Shown: piece by piece, positions 34,728 to 39,961 of the stretch | Layout of the letters: every line of letters begins with the position of its first letter | How positions within the stretch are numbered: the stretch's first letter is position 1 | Made by a program: the position numbers and the translations under genes | Source: Batkoa obscura | Lineage: Eukaryota | Reading direction: 5' to 3' | NCBI GenBank assembly: GCA_030770535.1 | Contig: JASVEC010000155.1 | Location: 1 to 39,961, forward strand | Length of the DNA: 39,961 nt | Notes under the pieces: generated by a model | Database searches by the model: none | Seen by the model: only the letters and a program-made list of their open reading frames with translations | Told to the model about the DNA's origin: nothing

Positions 34728-35440
34728 CTATCTATTTTAACAATTAATTAAAACTTAACTTTATTTTAATAAAAGTTAAAGCAGTTAACAGTTTTTGTTA
34801 ACCTATTTATATTAATTTGTACTCAAATTTCATTATTAGTTTCCAGCCTCGATTTAGAAAGAACATATTAAATTGTGATATTCTTTATTGTTTATTTATA
34901 AATTAAATTTTCATTCGAAATCTTTAAACTAAAAAACCAATCATTTATTATCTGATTACCATATGCGATAAACTACAAAATACAAGTAAAATATTTACTA
35001 TGGTTCACTTTTAATGTTGTCTTTTATCTCTTAAGTAATATATAAAGAAATGATAATAAATTAATTTTCTTTTTTATAAACTTAAAGCTACTTATTAAAT
35101 ATTAAAATCCGTGCTATTACCATTCATTAAAGACTAGTTTATTATTTAATTGGGTTTGCCATTTGTTTATACAATTTAGTTAAAAATTATTTTAGATACT
35201 CATGATAGTCAACCTTAGATTAGGTCTAAAGTACAAAATACCGATAAGGTTTGGTAACCATTAGTCTATTGAATCCTGGCTACTATTGACAATAAACTAT
35301 AATGTATGTTCAAGTTAATAGTTCTATCAACCCTTTTATTAAAGATTAAAAACTATAATAAAAATGCCCAAAATTAATTCGTCAAAAAATCTTCTTTAGT
35401 AATGAATATGAGAACACGTGGTATAATGGTAAGTAAAAAC

Positions 35441-35446
35441 AAAAAA
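35441..35446 (-). terminator. RNA polymerase III terminator (T6) of tRNA-Leu
   Basis: T6 run on the minus strand starting 8 nt past the tRNA 3' end. Confidence 0.7.
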
Positions 35447-35453
35447 TTAGGTA

Positions 35454-35536
35454 TGATCAGGATGGGATTCGAACCCACGCCTCCGAAGAGACCGCGGCCT
35501 TAACACGGCGCCTTAGACCAACTCGGCCACCTGATC
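35454..35536 (-). tRNA. tRNA-Leu (anticodon AAG), intronless
   Basis: GATCAGG/CCTGATC acceptor stem, A-box TGGCCGAGTTGG, anticodon arm CCGTG-TTAAGGC-CGCGG, long variable arm, B-box GGTTCGAATCC, discriminator A. Confidence 0.96.
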
Positions 35537-35739
35537 TTATTTATTAATTAAGTAACAATAATTTAAAGCTTGTTTATAACCTAAGTAAAAAAGTAAATTA
35601 GATTATACCAAGTAGATGGAACTTTTAGATACTGCGTAAAATTATTTAACTGAGTCAAAATAAGCTGAGAAAAGTCTAAAGCTTTTTTAAAAGGGATAAA
35701 GTGTGATTTTAAATATTCAATACATACAAATCAAAAATA

Positions 35740-37231
35740 ATGTTAAAGAAAAGAGAAACAAAAGATATACATGAACAATTAAGACACAGTAGTAATTTAA
35801 GAGAAAGGCAAAAAAAGACAAATGACAAATTGCAAAAGATATTAAAAAAGAGGAATATTAACAACAGTATATTATTAGAGGAAGAGATTGAAGTAAGTTT
35901 AAATTTTTAATTTAAAGAGATGAGGTTTATTTTTTATACACTCAGGAATTAAATAAATTATGGTTAGAAGAATGTAAAGAGATTGGATTAATTAAAGATA
36001 TAGATGAGAACTTTGACTTTGGAGAAGATGAGGAGTTGGATCAAGAAGGTATGATTGCTAAGCTTATTTTTTAAAATGAATCTTAATAAGTAATATTTTA
36101 TTTTAGAAATGGAAATTAAGTTATTAGAAGAAGAAGAAGAACCCATTGAAGAAATGCTGTTACGGTTAGGTCAATTAGAGCTGTAAATTCATCTAGTTTT
36201 TATAATAATAATAAAATATATTTATTTTTAACATTGTATTTTTTTCGCTTTAAACCAATAAAAATTTCATTTCATTTTTTTTACCAATTAAAACTACATA
36301 ATCATAGATTTTGATTTCTTTTTTTTAGGTTTAAGTAATCAAAAGATATGAAACGAAAAGACCAACAATATAGAAAAGAAAATGAAAAAGGATATAAGAG
36401 TAAAGAGGGAGACATTACACTAACACAAGAAGAAGAGTATAAACAATACCAAAAAAAGCTAAGAGAAGAAAAAAAAAGAGAAAAACAACTTGATGAACAA
36501 GCTAAATTATTGGAATTAGAATTGGAAGCTTTGTTAAACGAAGAAGTAGAAGAATCTGTAAAAGAAGTTGAAAATGTAAAAGAAGAAATTGTTATTGAAG
36601 AAAAAAAAGAAGTCAAATATAAAAGATATTCTCAGTTTGCATTACCTGGTATGATTAAAGTTGAAAAAGGTTGGGTTTATCCAGATGAGATTGTAACTGA
36701 AAGAAATAAAACTTTTATTATGAACAAAGTTGATGAGATTCCATTGAAAAAAGAACCTGAACCTGAACCTGAAGTCAAGCAAGAATTAAAAGAAGAAGAA
36801 AGAAAGAAAGAAGAAGAAATTACAGAAGAGATAAAAGTAGAACCAGTAAAAATTAAGGTTAAAGAAAACATTGGTTTAAAGTTACTAAGAAAACAAGGTT
36901 GGAAGGAAGGTACTGGCTTAGGTAAAAATAATACTGGTATTATTGAACCAATAACTAGGTACCTATAATATAATATATATAAGTACAATAATGTATAATA
37001 TTTATTTTTAGTCAAGAAAAGAAAACATTAAGTTCAGCTCCAGTTAATGAACGAGAAGAATATGAAATTTTATTGGAAAATGGAAAGATTGAGGTTGATT
37101 ATGAAAGTTATCGTTTAAAAACAAATGGAAAAATATAAACAACGGTATACAGTAAAATTTAATTTCTACTATTATAGAATTATATATTTTAATACTAATA
37201 TTTATTTAGAGTCATCAAGAATAATAATTAA
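35740..37231 (+). CDS. G-patch domain protein, Glu/Lys-rich, ~6 exons
   Basis: G-patch NIGLKLLRKQGWKEGTGLGKNNTGIIEPI. Exons ~35740-35892, 35946-36048, 36107-~36169, ~36346-36958, 37012-37144, 37210-37231; the exon 3/4 junction is uncertain. Confidence 0.75.
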
Positions 37232-37255
37232 TTAGAATCATTAGTTATTAATTAT

Positions 37256-38405
37256 TTATACTAATACAATAAATACTACTGTAAATATATAAATAATAAT
37301 AATTAATACGATAAATAAATAACTTAATAAAGAGGTATTAAATACGCTCTTATTTAATTTATCTAATAATTTTAAATCCTTGGTCAATGATGTTACATTC
37401 TTTTCCAATTTTTGTTCTGCTTCATTTAATACCTATTAAAAGTTAAATTTCAATTGGTTTAATATAATAATAGTTAAAAGTTACTTGTTTATCTTTTTTT
37501 AATACGTCACCAAAAGCTAATGTATTACTCTTTAATATTTGGGTCATATTAACTAAATCTAAAGCTATTTCTTGTTGTATCTTTTCTTGTTGCAATATTA
37601 AACCTTGTTTTTCATCATCATTTAATGAGTTATTTGATTTGTTTTGATCTGAATTTCTGTTGGTTCTATAAAATATTAAGTTAATTTTATCATTTGTTTG
37701 TTTATTTTATTTATAATTTAGATTACCTTGACCTTAAATTTCGGATCCAATTTTCTAATATTTAATAATAAAATGATTTTTAGTACTATTACTATTTAAG
37801 ACTCACCACTTTCTTTTTCTTCTTCTGCTCTTGTCTTCTTTTTATCTTTTAATAAATTTGAAACTGCTGGATCATTACTAATATTATTTTTGTTTTTGTT
37901 TTCTTCATTTACTTCCTTTTCTTTAGTTTGGTTTCTTTGTTTGTTTTCTTTTTCTTTTTCTTTTTCTTTTTCTTTTCTTCTTTTTTCTTCCTTCCTTTTT
38001 CTTCTGCTCCCTTTCTCTCGACTCCTTCTCTTTAAGCTCCTTCTCTTTCTTTTCGTTTTCAATTTGGTTAAGCTAAAATAATCAACAAAATAACTCCATG
38101 ATTTAGTACCAACTTACTTTATTTGTTACATCTTCTAATAGTTTATTTAATTTAGAATTCATTACTCCACTATAATAAAAAAGTTAGAAATTTAATTCAA
38201 ATCCATTCTTTCGGTTTACTCTTTATTATCATATCGCTTTAACAACAATAACAAGTTCTAAACAAGTGTCAGCATATTATAATAATACTATTTGTATTTT
38301 ATATCAAATTACTATATAAACATTTTTAATTTCTAACTCCTCCTTTTGGTTTTTCACCTGAAGCTCAAGTTGATTAAGAATTTGAAAATTACTAATTGAA
38401 TTCAT
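37256..38405 (-). CDS. USE1: USE1/Slt1-like ER Qc-SNARE, 7 exons, one apparent frameshift
   Basis: Exons 38405-38313, 38257-38220, 38169-38118, 38072-37807, 37754-37727, 37665-37485, 37432-37256. SNARE motif QEKIQQEIALDLVNMTQILKSNTLAFGDVLKKDKQVLNEAEQKLEKN followed by a C-terminal TM helix; one extra base in an A run near 37996-38000. Confidence 0.78.
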
Positions 38406-39961
38406 TATAAAAAGAGAAAGTACTTTCTATCGTCATAAAAAATAAGGCAAGTATATATATCAATTTCGTTAGTGAAAAAAGAAAACAAATAAAGAGTTAG
38501 ATACTTCCAATAAATTATAGGGTAATTACTCTTTATATAAACATGTCATTAAATTAATAGCAATAAATAAATAATTAAAGCGTACATATGGATTTTATTA
38601 GGAAAAATGAGAGTTAAAAGGGAGACTTAGGAAGAATAAATTAAAAGTTAGTTACTTTTAACAATTTACCAGATGGTACAAAACTCTTTGTATAAAAATG
38701 TTGTTGAATTAATAACATTGAAGAAGTATTATTCAATTTTAATTTTAAGATAGAGTTGTACTTGTTATTAATTATACTACTGTTCTTCTTATTAGTAGAT
38801 ATTGTAACTTTTGTCTTGTTATTCTCAATACTTTCGTTTAATTTACTTCCATTCTTTTTTTACAACCATGTTCTTGTATTGTAATACTTAAAGAGATTAG
38901 ATCTAAATTATGCATAATTATTTAGTCAATTGATTGTTATAATTTTATATTAAAAAATAATAAATTATTATTAAAATTAACATATTTATATACTTTTTTT
39001 AAGTTTTCAATATTAACTGATAATTTCGCGAAATGACTCATGCTTAACTAAAGCTTAGTTACCATCAATCAAACCCAATTTCATGTTTCTTGCAACAGTT
39101 AACAAATTTATGCTAAAACTTATGTTTGAGGTTTATGATAATGACTATATATATTTTTATTTACCAATCATGAAGTCATTTTAAAGTTAATTGATAGCTT
39201 ATTGTAACTGCTAGTTCAATCCCTTAATGGTTTATTACTTTTAATTTTCCCCCTCCTTTTCTCCGTAATATGGAAATTCAATCTTTATAGCTCTATAATG
39301 TATTAAATTTCCATAACTTAAACTGCGCTTATAAACTATAATATTTTTTATTAAATAGGGTTAAATTGATATTAAATTTGAACTAAAAAAAATCATTTAT
39401 TTTACTTATTGAAATTTAATTTTAACATTAATTTTTATTTTAAGACTACATGCTATAGTTTTTTATTTTTATATTTTAAGGCTGTACACTATAGTTCTTT
39501 TAGCTTTATTTTTAAGCTTATTTTAAGGCTTATCCTTGTACAGCCTTATGAATTAAACATACTGGCTTGAAAGTAGGTGGGTTTAAAGTTTAAATTAGAT
39601 CTTTGAAATAGACACCCAAGTATCAAAGTAATCAATGATTAGTAAAAATAAGTTCAATAATCTAGGTGATTAATATTTAGTAATATGAGCTTTCACACGA
39701 CTATTTATAACTATTCTTTAATAAATTACTCTTTCAAAAATATATAGCTGTTAACGATTGTTTTATGTTTCCTTCTAATTTGATTTAAAAATAGACTAGG
39801 CATTTTCAGTTTATATTTGTTAAACCTATTTACAATAATTTCTTAATTCTTATATTGAGGTGATAAATCAAAAATGCTCAATCTATTTTTAAATCAAATT
39901 AGAAGGAAACATAAAACATTTGAAGTTAAACAATTGTATCCATGTTTTTATAGTTGCTTTT

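Overview
Very AT-rich eukaryotic DNA with short GT-AG introns. Gene content suggests an early-diverging fungus (Zoopagomycota-like; inference only). Host genes are a secreted class-3 lipase plus a paralog with an in-frame stop, a 7-exon PLP-homeostasis gene (PLPBP/YggS), a secreted 5'-nucleotidase with a long Ser/Thr tail, tRNA-Leu(AAG), a G-patch protein, a USE1-like ER SNARE and a decayed CsbD/Hmp1-like gene. Two systems stand out. (1) Four intronless, intact paralogs (17.1-31.8 kb) carry the two CENP-B/pogo helix-turn-helix domains but have a Ser/Pro/Tyr/Asn-rich tail in place of the DDE domain, which looks like a transposase-derived transcription-factor family. (2) A decayed 2.5-kb Sola-like (DDD) DNA transposon with 15-bp TIRs co-occurs with 13 copies of a ~100-bp MITE sharing its GGGGWTGT termini; a paralogous empty site inside the window shows the 4-bp TSD. 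A 3' L1/Tx1-like retrotransposon fragment is also present. Single-base frameshifts at homopolymers, one in USE1, suggest residual assembly errors, so pseudogene calls need caution. All family assignments come from motif recognition by eye, not database searches.
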